Origin: Minisyncoccota bacterium
Lineage (GTDB): Bacteria; Patescibacteriota; Minisyncoccia; UBA6257; 2-01-FULL-56-20
Assembly: GCA_036510525.1 (NCBI GenBank)
Contig: DATCDU010000020.1
Location: 246-64,245, forward strand
Direction of reading: 5' to 3'
DNA: 64,000 nucleotides
Shown here: in pieces, positions 47,966 through 57,455 of the stretch
How the letters are laid out: the number at the start of each line of letters is the position of its first letter
Position numbering within the stretch: position 1 is the first letter of the stretch
Translations under genes and position numbers: made by a program
Notes under the pieces: model-generated
Seen by the model: only the letters and a program-made list of their open reading frames with translations
What the model was told of the DNA's origin: nothing
The model's database searches: none

Positions 47966-49990
47966 TCAGTAGATATAGATGGCGTTGAACTTGGTGGCGG
48001 TCGGCGTTGTCGCGGTGGCAGCACATTCATCAATGGTGACGGTATTCAAAGCGGAGACATACCCTTGCCAAGTGACACCACTCCCGGGGTTTTTCTGTGG
48101 CATGACAAACACCGAACCCGTGGATGATACGGCACCCGTGATCGTGACGGTAGCTGTATTACAAGCACCAAGCACCATTGCTGAACCGCCTATCGTTGAC
48201 GCAGTTGATGCGCCGGAAGTTATATTCATAGATGCCGCGGTGATGTTTCCGGTGCTCGTCGTGTTACCCAGCGCGGAGAAGGAGAATGCCGCCGCCTGGT
48301 TGATCGCGGGCGCGCCGTCGGAGCGCATGAAGGTGGTCGCTGAACCGTTGACGGCGCTCGTGCCGATCGAAGCGCTCGGGTTAGCGCCGCTCGGGGTCGA
48401 CGGCCACGCCGTGATGCAGTTCGCGCCATTGATGCAGTAGGCGGCAGCGCTCGAAGATCCGTTTACCGTAAGCGGGAAGGAAGGCGTTGACGTCCCGATG
48501 CCGACTTTGCCGGAAGCACTCACGTCAAAATACACGGAGTTCGAACTGCTCGTGATCTGGAAAATATCACCCGTTTGCCCCGCGGCCCCCAACATTTGGA
48601 AACCGATCGTCGAGGTATCCCCTCTCTCGTTGAAATACGAAGTTCCCCCGCCATTCGCAAATTGTAAGTACGCAGCGGTTTGTGTCGGGTCTTGATAATA
48701 CTGCGAATTCACAACATTGGTGCCTATGATGCCGCTTCCGCTGCCTACCGTCAAAGTTCCAGTTATGCCGACGTTGCCATTACTGCCAATGGTAACCCGA
48801 CTTCCATACAGATAGAGATTCGGAGATGACGTGCCGGCATCCACCGAAATGGTTGGCCCCGCGGTATAGCTGTTTGAAAAAATCAGAGTAGGAGCGGTAG
48901 AATAATTATTTATTTGCACATTACCGCTCTGAGTAGTAAAATTGCCTCCCACACTCAGTGCATTACCTGATATGGGCGCCGTCCCGATGCCAACGCCACC
49001 ACCGTTATAATAGATGCCAGTGCTCGTCGTGGTCCACTGGCTTGATCCGCCACCACCGCACGTTCCCCCGCATGTGATGTTGCCCGTGGCGTAAATATTG
49101 CCGACTACCGTGAGCGGTGACGCCGGCGTCGTCGTCCCGATGCCGACGAAGCCGTATCTATTAACGGAAAGATATTCCGTCATAGGACATCCACCGCTGC
49201 AATCACCAGAGATGGAGATCCTTTCGTTCGCCGTATTGACGGAAGAACTCGGCACCGAAATTTCGAACCGTTCGCTCTGATCATCGACCCTAAAGCCAAT
49301 TGCGGGACTCCCCACACCGCTGGCTCCGTCATATCCTACCCGAATACCGGTGCCATAGTTAGCGCCATTGTCATTATCTCTTACTAAAAGCTGTCCGCCA
49401 TATACATCCAATGAGCTCAGTGGATTCGACGCTCCGATGCCGATGAAGCCGCTTGTGGCAATCACGAGAGTCGCATAGGCGTCCGCGCGGGCGTTAATGT
49501 CGATATTACCGGCGCCCCAGTCGGAAATTATAAAATCACCGGGGTTATCGTTCACGAGAAATGTGTTGGCACCACCAGGTTCAACACCCAGAACACCAAA
49601 GCCGCCTGTGTTATTCCCTGAGTCATAAATTAAAAGATACGTCTCATTGCCGTCGCCGGTGGAACTCGCACCGATACTGACCGTGCCAGGAAAGTCATAT
49701 TCCCCACCACCCGTATTGTCGCCAAATTTGCCTTCGGAAACGTTCGCGGCGCTTATCAATGAACCACCAAGGCCGCTCGCCGAGATAGTGCCTGTCACGT
49801 TAAGGTTTCCGCCAATGTAAACGTTGTTCGAACTATCGGTGCCGATCGCGCCATTGCCCCCGGAAGGATTCTGCGTTGGGCCGTTGAACGCGGATGCGCC
49901 GAGTGTGGACCAAAAGAATATCCCGACAAGGAGAACGCCGGCCGCGATCGCGAAGATGTGGATTTTTTTAAACGATGGCGGCTGGTTCAT
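47966..49990 (-). CDS. Secreted fibre/adhesin-like protein
   Basis: Signal/TM; repeated G.VGIGT..P..PL.V.G units; G/S/T/N-rich. Confidence 0.7.
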   Translation of the reverse strand: MNQPPSFKKIHIFAIAAGVLLVGIFFWSTLGASAFNGPTQNPSGGNGAIGTDSSNNVYIGGNLNVTGTISASGLGGSLISAANVSEGKFGDNTGGGEYDFPGTVSIGASSTGDGNETYLLIYDSGNNTGGFGVLGVEPGGANTFLVNDNPGDFIISDWGAGNIDINARADAYATLVIATSGFIGIGASNPLSSLDVYGGQLLVRDNDNGANYGTGIRVGYDGASGVGSPAIGFRVDDQSERFEISVPSSSVNTANERISISGDCSGGCPMTEYLSVNRYGFVGIGTTTPASPLTVVGNIYATGNITCGGTCGGGGSSQWTTTSTGIYYNGGGVGIGTAPISGNALSVGGNFTTQSGNVQINNYSTAPTLIFSNSYTAGPTISVDAGTSSPNLYLYGSRVTIGSNGNVGITGTLTVGSGSGIIGTNVVNSQYYQDPTQTAAYLQFANGGGTSYFNERGDTSTIGFQMLGAAGQTGDIFQITSSSNSVYFDVSASGKVGIGTSTPSFPLTVNGSSSAAAYCINGANCITAWPSTPSGANPSASIGTSAVNGSATTFMRSDGAPAINQAAAFSFSALGNTTSTGNITAASMNITSGASTASTIGGSAMVLGACNTATVTITGAVSSTGSVFVMPQKNPGSGVTWQGYVSALNTVTIDECAATATTPTATKFNAIYIY

Positions 49991-49994
49991 TGCT

Positions 49995-50471
49995 TCATTT
50001 TAATGACGATGAGGCCGTGGAAGTTGAGGTCGGGGTCGGGGGTTGCTGCGTGGGAGCGCCGTTCGGCTGCTGCGCCGCGGCACCCGCCGCCGGATTCGCC
50101 ATTGCTTCCGCCACACTGCTCGTGCTCGAGAGTCGCGTCCACCAAACGATGTCCTGGGAGTTGAAATACACCGCGTCCGACGGTCCCCACGCCACCTGGC
50201 TGAACGGATATACGCCGGCGGTTGCCTGACCTTGCGCGTTCGTGCCGCTCTGGAGGAACCACGGATCTTCTATATGCGGCGAAGGAGACCAATCAAGTAT
50301 GCCGAAGTACACCGCGCCCGTAGAAAGGTATACTGCGGAATACGGCGAAAGCGAAGCGCCGTTTGTCGGCGTGCCGCCGCTCACGTGCGTTCCAACCAGA
50401 ACGCCAACGCCTATCAGAAATGCTGCGACCACGACGATTATAATGATAGCGGTACTCTTTGAAAGGTGCAT
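49995..50471 (-). CDS. Membrane-anchored hypothetical protein
   Basis: TM; YSAVYLSTGAVYFG..WGP motif. Confidence 0.75.
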   Translation of the reverse strand: MHLSKSTAIIIIVVVAAFLIGVGVLVGTHVSGGTPTNGASLSPYSAVYLSTGAVYFGILDWSPSPHIEDPWFLQSGTNAQGQATAGVYPFSQVAWGPSDAVYFNSQDIVWWTRLSSTSSVAEAMANPAAGAAAQQPNGAPTQQPPTPTSTSTASSSLK

Positions 50472-50504
50472 ATTTTTTAATTAATTATTTATTTTAATTA
50501 TACC

Positions 50505-51083
50505 TTAATCCGCCGTCACGATGAGATGCCCGACGGGACCTTTGGATGGACCGCCGCATGACCCGCAATAGAAGGTGAAATCGCCGACCCCTGACGCCTG
50601 GAATTGGATGGTCTGCGTCTTTCCCTTTGCGATCGGATCGTTGAAGTGATACTGCGGCAGAGTGAACGCGTAGTTCGCATCCACGGCGGTCATTTCAAGA
50701 TTCACCGTATCCCCCGTTTTCACGATCACCGTATTTGGGGAATACGCGCTGCCGTCAATGCTGATATTGAAACTGCGGTAACTCACATCTCCGGATGGAC
50801 TTCCCGGGCCCTGCACCACGGGAACGGCGACGTTCGAAGGAGTGCTTGTCGAACCCTTGTTGGGGGCAACGGTGCCCGCGGGAACCGCCGCTGTCGTTGA
50901 AGACGTCAGGGCGGCCAACCTGGCGAGCGGTGTGCTCGTGGATTGTGCCCGGTTTGAAGGCTGGGTTGCATTCGAAACCGCACCGCCTTTCCCATGCAAT
51001 GCATATACGATGATCACGACAACAACGATCAGTACCACCACTCCGACGACGACCTCTATTATTATCTTCTTCTTCTCATCCAT
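50505..51083 (-). CDS. Membrane-anchored cupredoxin-fold protein
   Basis: YSPNTVIVKTGDTV..GDFTFYCGSC..GHLIV. Confidence 0.75.
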   Translation of the reverse strand: MDEKKKIIIEVVVGVVVLIVVVVIIVYALHGKGGAVSNATQPSNRAQSTSTPLARLAALTSSTTAAVPAGTVAPNKGSTSTPSNVAVPVVQGPGSPSGDVSYRSFNISIDGSAYSPNTVIVKTGDTVNLEMTAVDANYAFTLPQYHFNDPIAKGKTQTIQFQASGVGDFTFYCGSCGGPSKGPVGHLIVTAD

Positions 51084-51107
51084 AAAATTATTATAGCATT
51101 CCCTCTA

Positions 51108-51914
51108 TTAATAGATCGTTCGCCAAGCGACCGTTCCCGACGCGTTCGAGGCGCAGAGATAGAGGTCATCCTTTGAACCGCCGTTGTTTGCGAACCACAG
51201 CGTCCCGCGGATGGAGGTGCTGCACGTCGGCTCGGAAACGCCGGTCGGATTGAGGCGGAAGCCGCCGTTCACTTCCAGTGGCTGCGAGGGGCTCGTGTCC
51301 CCGCTCCCGATCCCGACATTGTTCCCGCTGAAGTTGATGACACCATTGATGGGATTCCAATAATACGTGGAGTTTCCCAAGGGCTCTCCTCCCGCCGACG
51401 GCAGGACGCTCGTATCAAACGTCGCGGCGGAAACATGTTCCACCGTGGATTGAAAGAGTTGGCTGAACGCCTGCTCCGCGTTCAGGGTGTTGTAGGCCAT
51501 CGTGAACGAGACGCTCACCGTGTCGTGCCCCGGAGGATTCGTGTTGCGCGTGAAAGAAAGATTTGTGACGTTCACTTTCGGCGACGTGAGCGCCTGCAAA
51601 GTTCCGGTCGCCGTTTGCTGCAAATACACCGTCCCGCTCGAGAGCGTGATGTACGACGGATCGAGCGACGAGCTCGCTACATAGAATACCAGCGTGGATG
51701 GCGTAGAGGTAGGAGTGATCACGCTTGCCGACTCCACATAATATTGCACCTTCTGCAAGAGGAACTGGCTCTCCTGATTCACCGCCTGCGAGGAGGACGA
51801 CTGCGCCTGTATCTGGAGGATCACCACCAGTATGCCAATGAATGCAACGATGATCACGGAGAAGATCGCTATCGAAACCAGCATTTCAACCAGCGTGAAT
51901 CCTTTCTTGTTCAT
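51108..51914 (-). CDS. Prepilin (PilW-like minor pilin)
   Basis: KKG|FTLVE. Confidence 0.9.
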   Translation of the reverse strand: MNKKGFTLVEMLVSIAIFSVIIVAFIGILVVILQIQAQSSSSQAVNQESQFLLQKVQYYVESASVITPTSTPSTLVFYVASSSLDPSYITLSSGTVYLQQTATGTLQALTSPKVNVTNLSFTRNTNPPGHDTVSVSFTMAYNTLNAEQAFSQLFQSTVEHVSAATFDTSVLPSAGGEPLGNSTYYWNPINGVINFSGNNVGIGSGDTSPSQPLEVNGGFRLNPTGVSEPTCSTSIRGTLWFANNGGSKDDLYLCASNASGTVAWRTIY

Positions 51915-51942
51915 TACTATTGATTATATCATGCTCGCACGA

Positions 51943-54579
51943 TCACTTGCTCCAGTTCACTTGAATGCCCGTCACCGTGGGTGTTGCTGACCCGGTCTGG
52001 TCGGTGGAGAGAATGGCGCGGTAGCGGAAATATCTTCCGTTGAGCACGGGGTAATTGGTGAGTGGGACCGGGACGCCGGGGATGCCGGTGTACGTGGTGG
52101 CCGAAGTGCCGTCGGGGCCCACAAAATTCCACGGGCCGCTTGAGCTGCTGGCTACGGCGAACTGGAACCCGACCGCGGTGGACGACGGCGCGGAGCCCTG
52201 CCACGTCACCGAGTTGAGCTGCGCCCCGCTCGTGACGCCCGTGTCGAACGTTGCCGAATCAAGCGTGCCCGTCGCCTCCACTCCGGCGGCGGTCCACGTG
52301 GTCACGACATCGTATTGAGACGTGCCGCAATTAGACGTGTTGCTACAATTGAACGATATCCAGCCGAGCGTGTCGTTCCATGCCCATCCGGAGAAGACTC
52401 CGGTAGAAGGATTGATGACAACCTGATACGTCGGACTCGACGGACACACCCATGTCGATCCGCTCAACGTGGAACCTCCGCCGGATGAGTTGCCACAGAA
52501 CGAGATCCAGCCATACGTGTCGTTCCACGCCCATCCCGCGAGGTTACCACTGCCGTCGTTGCTCACGCCGTAGTTACTCGTCCCGCAAATATTCCCGCCT
52601 GGAGAGGTAGTGCAATCCAGTGAGATATTTCCCGCCGAGGAGCTGGCGTATCCGGTAAGCTTTGTGGCTGACACAATAATATTGTGCGTGTCGTAAAAAT
52701 CCATCCAGCCGATCGCGTCATTCCACGCCCAATGTTGGGAGGATGAGGAGCTGATGTTCGTGCCGCCGGTGGCGGTGCCGGCACCGCCGACGATAGCTAT
52801 GCCAGTAGGTTCATCACCATCAAAAATTGCGTTGCCGAAGGCCCCTTCGATCGTGCCGGTAGAGGAAAATTCGTCGATCGTCACATTGTTTCCGTCCGCC
52901 GTCCATACATTGCCGTTTGCATCAACGGCATCGGCAAAACCATAGGAGGGGGTGTAGCCGGTGGTCTGATTTTCATACGCGCCGGCAGTAGAGAACTCCT
53001 CGAGGCGGTTGTTAGACGCATCAACCACCCAAATATTGCCGCTTGCATCGAAGGTGATGCCGGTTGGATTGTAGAGATAGCCATTACCGGTGCCATAAGA
53101 CCCGAACTGGAAGTGATACGCATACGTGGTGCCACTCGCGATAAACTCCTCGACACGATCATTGCCATCATCCACTGCCCAAAGATCGCCGCTCGAATCG
53201 AAAGCCAGGCCTTCGGGAATATTGAATTGGCCAGTGCTGCTGCCGTAGGACCCAAACTTGCTCATATACGTGCCGGTAGCGGAGAACTCCTCTATGCGAT
53301 TACTGCCTTGGTCTGAGATTAAGATGTCGCCACTCGAGTTAATGGCGATGCCGTGTGAATTCTCAAACTTTCCATCGGTGGTGCCGTAGGATCCAAAAAG
53401 AACGCTCTCAGTCGTGCCGGTGGCTGAATATTCCTGGACTTTTTCTTCGTTATCCACCCAGAGGTTTCCGCTCGGGTCGATGGCGAGAGTGACAGGGTTG
53501 TCTATTCCTACGGTAAATCCGCCTTCGTAAGTTCCAGTGGCGGAGAATTCATCAAGCTGGTTGCTGAACGGAACCGCCACCCAGATGTTGCCAGCACCAG
53601 CGACGAGGTTGTTATTGTTCGTCGTGAACATGTAATCGCTCGACGTAGCGACGAGTCCGTCGGAGCTCACGACCTGGTAGTGATACGTGGTCGACGGCGT
53701 AAGGCCGGTCAGGGTTACTGAGTGGGCAGTGACGTAACTGCTGTTGTAAGTGGAAGAATTGGTATAGGTCGTGCTCGTGCCAAAGTTCACCAAGGAGTCG
53801 GCGCCCAGGTTTGTGTTCCAAGTGACGACGGCCGTAAGAATACCGGGAGAGGAAGTGGCATTCGAGATCGCGGCAGTGGAAGATGCATACGCGACGATGA
53901 TGCCGAGTTGTTCCCCCGCCGTCCCGCCATCTGTCATCTTCCCGGTAAAATTGCCCGTTGCGGTACTCGTCTGCATTTCAAGCGCATCGTAATCGTTTGC
54001 TGAACTAGAGGTGGCGTTCTGTAAATGCGACCATCCTGTTCCAGCGGAATAGACACCGTGGGTTGCCGCTCCGCAGAAGTTGACAACAAGGTCATTGGCA
54101 TTCGTCGTTGTGATCTGCGGGGAGGAACAGGTTGTGGTCGCACCGGCATTGTCCAATGATGCCATTTGGTCCACGCCGCATGTCACCCCATGCGCCTCAT
54201 ACAACAACACGTCACCCAGCTCAAAACCACTTCCATTGAAGGTGAAGTGCACCGTGTCCGCGCCCGTTGAGCCAGCCGGAGCACAAGCGACCATCGCCGT
54301 ATCGCCGTCGCCCTCTTGACTCGTAGTCGTTGCGATATGCCATGTATTCCCTTTCGAATCGGAGATTGACAAGGTATCGTTCGCTTCGTATCCATCATAC
54401 ACTGACGCGTAGAGAGTGTCCCCCGCCGTCACGTTGGTGGAAAATGCAACGCCAGTGGTACCCGCCACGTCCGATCCTCCATTGCTTTGCACAAAAGTTA
54501 TCGCCGCGTGCGCGGGCGCGGCCTGGAGTCCAAACGAAAACAGGACGAGCGCGATGAATATAAAAAGATACTTCTTCAT
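51943..54579 (-). CDS. Secreted multidomain protein (FN3-like, NHL beta-propeller, GW-repeat domain)
   Basis: Signal peptide; VTLTGLTPSTTYHY; repeats P.GI..D.SG..WV.D..N.R.EEF; GWAWND..GWISF repeats. Confidence 0.8.
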   Translation of the reverse strand: MKKYLFIFIALVLFSFGLQAAPAHAAITFVQSNGGSDVAGTTGVAFSTNVTAGDTLYASVYDGYEANDTLSISDSKGNTWHIATTTSQEGDGDTAMVACAPAGSTGADTVHFTFNGSGFELGDVLLYEAHGVTCGVDQMASLDNAGATTTCSSPQITTTNANDLVVNFCGAATHGVYSAGTGWSHLQNATSSSANDYDALEMQTSTATGNFTGKMTDGGTAGEQLGIIVAYASSTAAISNATSSPGILTAVVTWNTNLGADSLVNFGTSTTYTNSSTYNSSYVTAHSVTLTGLTPSTTYHYQVVSSDGLVATSSDYMFTTNNNNLVAGAGNIWVAVPFSNQLDEFSATGTYEGGFTVGIDNPVTLAIDPSGNLWVDNEEKVQEYSATGTTESVLFGSYGTTDGKFENSHGIAINSSGDILISDQGSNRIEEFSATGTYMSKFGSYGSSTGQFNIPEGLAFDSSGDLWAVDDGNDRVEEFIASGTTYAYHFQFGSYGTGNGYLYNPTGITFDASGNIWVVDASNNRLEEFSTAGAYENQTTGYTPSYGFADAVDANGNVWTADGNNVTIDEFSSTGTIEGAFGNAIFDGDEPTGIAIVGGAGTATGGTNISSSSSQHWAWNDAIGWMDFYDTHNIIVSATKLTGYASSSAGNISLDCTTSPGGNICGTSNYGVSNDGSGNLAGWAWNDTYGWISFCGNSSGGGSTLSGSTWVCPSSPTYQVVINPSTGVFSGWAWNDTLGWISFNCSNTSNCGTSQYDVVTTWTAAGVEATGTLDSATFDTGVTSGAQLNSVTWQGSAPSSTAVGFQFAVASSSSGPWNFVGPDGTSATTYTGIPGVPVPLTNYPVLNGRYFRYRAILSTDQTGSATPTVTGIQVNWSK

Positions 54580-54636
54580 ATTATATTAATAGTATAGCCG
54601 ATGTTCAAAAAAGAACTAAATAATTTTCGCATAGTA

Positions 54637-55254
54637 TTAGAGATTGACATAGATCGCCCCGGTCGTCGACGCGTAATCGATGTTGGACGATGACGTGAAT
54701 TGATTGTTGGTAGAGGTCACCGCACTGCTCGCGTTCGGGCCGCCGGACCAGTCGGTCTGACTGAACACCTGGTCATTATTTCTTGTGACATACGTGCTGA
54801 TCGTGCTCGTCACGCCGTGCGGCGTCCAATTGTACACGGCGAAGATCTGCTTGGTAGAGGGATCGTACGTATTGCCGGTCGAGGTCGTCGCGATGACTCC
54901 CCCACTGCGATACACATCGCCGACGTAAAAATAATCGGTGTACGTCGTCGTTGCGATCACGATGGACTGAATCCCCGACGTGGCGGTGTATGGCGAGGAA
55001 GAAGTGACGAGATAATATTGGTTGGCGGTGCCGGTGGCGAGCGAAAGGATATTGTTCCAGTTTCCTTCAGACCACACGCGTACATTATTAAGGAGGCTCT
55101 GCGCGTTCGTCGCGGCGACCTGTATCTTTCCGGCCTGCCCGCTCTCAAGCAACGACGGAGCGATGATCGTCGCCATCCCTCCAAGAAAGATGGCACCGAT
55201 GGCGATGGCGATCATGAGTTCCACGAAAGATTGTCCTGATCGAAGTTGTTTCAT
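54637..55254 (-). CDS. Prepilin (PilV-like)
   Basis: SG|QSFVE followed by a hydrophobic helix. Confidence 0.85.
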   Translation of the reverse strand: MKQLRSGQSFVELMIAIAIGAIFLGGMATIIAPSLLESGQAGKIQVAATNAQSLLNNVRVWSEGNWNNILSLATGTANQYYLVTSSSPYTATSGIQSIVIATTTYTDYFYVGDVYRSGGVIATTSTGNTYDPSTKQIFAVYNWTPHGVTSTISTYVTRNNDQVFSQTDWSGGPNASSAVTSTNNQFTSSSNIDYASTTGAIYVNL

Positions 55255-55258
55255 GGTA

Positions 55259-55729
55259 TTAGTAACTGACGCTACCGGATGATGCGATGGATATAGTGGA
55301 TGAGAATGCGGTGTTTTCCTTCGGCATATACAGCCCGATGCTCGTGGAGACGGATGAGAGGCCGCTCACGGACGAGAAGATCACGTCAAGCGTCGCGCCC
55401 CGCGCAAGCGTAGAGGTGGTGAAGGCCACCGTCGAAGGCAATCGGTACAAGCCGCCGACGACCGTCGCCGTGCTATAACTCGTCTGGAAAAGTGCATAGA
55501 ACGGCGCGGTATTAGTGGCGTTTGAAAAGTGGACCCCCCACGCCACATCTGATTCCTGATCCATCGAGTCCACCTGCGCCTGCCGCAGGAGCGATCCGAT
55601 CTGCTGGTCCGTGACAATGAGGTCGGTCTCGACCTTTCGTGTGCCAAGATTCGAGAACACCACCGCGCCGGTGACGATCACGATCGTGAGGACAATGAGG
55701 AGTTCTATGAGCGTGAATCCTTTCTTCAC
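55259..55729 (-). CDS. Prepilin (FimT/GspH-like)
   Basis: KKG|FTLIE. Confidence 0.88.
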   Translation of the reverse strand: MKKGFTLIELLIVLTIVIVTGAVVFSNLGTRKVETDLIVTDQQIGSLLRQAQVDSMDQESDVAWGVHFSNATNTAPFYALFQTSYSTATVVGGLYRLPSTVAFTTSTLARGATLDVIFSSVSGLSSVSTSIGLYMPKENTAFSSTISIASSGSVSY

Positions 55730-56937
55730 TAGAATTGCGTGGTCAATTGGTAGATAGGGACGATGATAGAGAGTGCGATCACGGCCACCATGACGCCCAT
55801 CACGAGGAGCATCGCCGGCTCAAGCAACGAGACGAGCGCTTTGATGTTGGCGTCGATGTTGGATTCGTAAAATTGTGCGAGGGTGTCGAGCACCTCTTCA
55901 AGGTGTCCGGCTTTCTCGGAAACCGAGACGAGGTTGGAGACGATCTTGGGGAATACCGTTTCGCGGTGGAACGCTTCGCCGATCGTGAGCCCCTTTGTCA
56001 ACCCGTCGTTCGCGATGCGGAGGAGCGCCGCACGATATGAATCCGAACCGACGGTCTCGGCGGCAATGTTGATCGTCTGCACGATCGGTAACCCGGCGCG
56101 CATGAGCGAACTCATGGTGGACGCCATACGCTGGATGGCAAGCTCCTGATACACCGTCCGCACGAGCGGGAGCATCGTCATGATGTGATTGAACTCCCTC
56201 TTCCCCACCTCCGTCTTCATCACTGCCCATATGAGCGCTCCGACAACGATGAGCACCGCCGGAAGGATGATGAAGATGTTCCCTCCGATAAAAAGTCCCA
56301 CGGTGAACACGACCCGTGAAAACCATGGCGGAGTGATGCCGCTTTGCGAGAACACGTTCGCCACCTTCGGCAGCGCGAACGTGACGAGGAAGATCATGAT
56401 CGCCGAGGCGATGCAGACCAATACGATCGGGTAGATCATCGCAGACCGTATCTTGCTGCGGATCTCTGACTCTTTCTCGAATGAAGTGCTCAAGGTCTCG
56501 AATGTCTTCTGCAAACTCCCCGACTGCTCGGCGGCTTTTACCAGATTGATGACGGTCGGCGAAAAATCCTTCGGGTGGCGGGCGAACGCCTGGTAGAACG
56601 GCTGGCCTTTGCTCAGATCCTCGCGTACCTCCAAAAGGAAATTGCGCATCGCCGGCTTGTCGAAATCAAGGATGAGGATGTTGATGGCAGAAAGCAGGTC
56701 CGTTCCCACCCGCAGCATGAGTGCCAGATATTTCGTGAGGAATACCTTGTCTGCCGTATTGATCCCGCCAAAAAGACCGGCCATAAAACCGATCTTGGTT
56801 TCCTTCATCGGTTTCACGGAAACCGGACGCAGCTGCTTGCTGCCGAGGAACCGCAGGACGTCGTTCAGCGCGTCGGCCTCGTATTCCCCCTCCGTCATCT
56901 TTCCTCCATCATCGGCGGCAACGTAATGGAACAGCAT
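55729..56937 (-). CDS. pilC: Type IV pilus platform protein (GspF family)
   Basis: AEQSGSL, SAMIYP, SEKAGHL, LLEP, IIVPIY. Confidence 0.95.
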   Translation of the reverse strand: MLFHYVAADDGGKMTEGEYEADALNDVLRFLGSKQLRPVSVKPMKETKIGFMAGLFGGINTADKVFLTKYLALMLRVGTDLLSAINILILDFDKPAMRNFLLEVREDLSKGQPFYQAFARHPKDFSPTVINLVKAAEQSGSLQKTFETLSTSFEKESEIRSKIRSAMIYPIVLVCIASAIMIFLVTFALPKVANVFSQSGITPPWFSRVVFTVGLFIGGNIFIILPAVLIVVGALIWAVMKTEVGKREFNHIMTMLPLVRTVYQELAIQRMASTMSSLMRAGLPIVQTINIAAETVGSDSYRAALLRIANDGLTKGLTIGEAFHRETVFPKIVSNLVSVSEKAGHLEEVLDTLAQFYESNIDANIKALVSLLEPAMLLVMGVMVAVIALSIIVPIYQLTTQF

Positions 56938-56945
56938 ATCTATAT

Positions 56946-57022
56946 AATAACATAGCCCAGAAGCTCACTTCGCCTCCAGGCAGATGACCGTTCGGCGAAG
57001 TGAGCTTCTGGGCTATGTTATT
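56946..57022. repeat. Palindromic element family 1, copy 2
   Basis: 29-bp perfect arms; same 19-nt loop as 6995-7013. Confidence 0.85.
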
Positions 57023-57052
57023 TTCTAATAAATATGATCTTGCGCCCGGGTG

Positions 57053-57124
57053 TGGAACCACCGGTGTCTGAACCCGGTTCTCTGCGTGTCAAAAGCAGTG
57101 TTCTACCACATGAACTATGGTCCC
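57053..57124 (-). ncRNA. Aberrant tRNA-Ala-like element B (nominal anticodon UGA)
   Basis: GGGACCA TA GTTC ATGTGGTA GAAC A CTGCT TTTGACA CGCAG AGAA CCGGG TTCAGAC ACCGG TGGTTCC A: 72-nt cloverleaf spacing, G3:U70, A73, C37, imperfect T arm. Confidence 0.7.
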
Positions 57125-57176
57125 ATGATTCCGGGCAGAGACACCATAACGCATACGCCATTAAATTTGTGTTAAG

Positions 57177-57265
57177 TGGAAAAGTAAAGCGGCCACTATA
57201 AGTGGCCGCTTTACCTGACACGCAGAGTTTTTTAGTTCCGCAGCTTCGCAGAACCTTGCTTCGCT
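57177..57265 (-). ncRNA. Short terminated RNA with 12-nt anti-anticodon segment (locus B)
   Basis: Hairpin GGTTCTGCG/TGCGGAACT; CTCTGCGTGTCA (57216-57227) complementary to 57080-57091; terminator GTAAAGCGGCCACT/AGTGGCCGCTTTAC-TTTT. Confidence 0.6.
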
Positions 57266-57266
57266 A

Positions 57267-57319
57267 ATAATACTAACTCAGACACTTAAAAAGTCAAAAA
57301 ACTTTTAATGATTTTTTAA
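57267..57319 (-). promoter_or_regulatory. Promoter with conserved upstream 15-mer
   Basis: TTAAAAAATCATTAA-N7-TTGACT-N16-TAGTATTAT. Confidence 0.7.
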
Positions 57320-57339
57320 TTAATATATCTCATTGTCGT

Positions 57340-57455
57340 ATAGGAATTACAAGACTGCCTTTTCGGGGTATTTCGGAGCCGCGCAGGCGGCGAGATATAG
57401 CGCGTTTCCAGCAGGAAACGACGCGGCCCCGAAAAGGCAGTCTTGTAATTCCTAT
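57340..57455. repeat. Palindromic element family 2, copy 1
   Basis: 29-bp perfect arms around a 58-nt two-hairpin core containing TCGGAGCCGCGCAGGCGGCGAGA. Confidence 0.85.

Noticed and set aside
57088-57093. TTGACA (and TTGCCA at 30626) as -35 boxes
   Set aside because: No -10 hexamer at 16-18 nt; both are better explained as anticodon loops.
57018-57221. 67-aa minus-strand ORF
   Set aside because: Runs through a terminator and the tRNA-like cloverleaf; no protein features.
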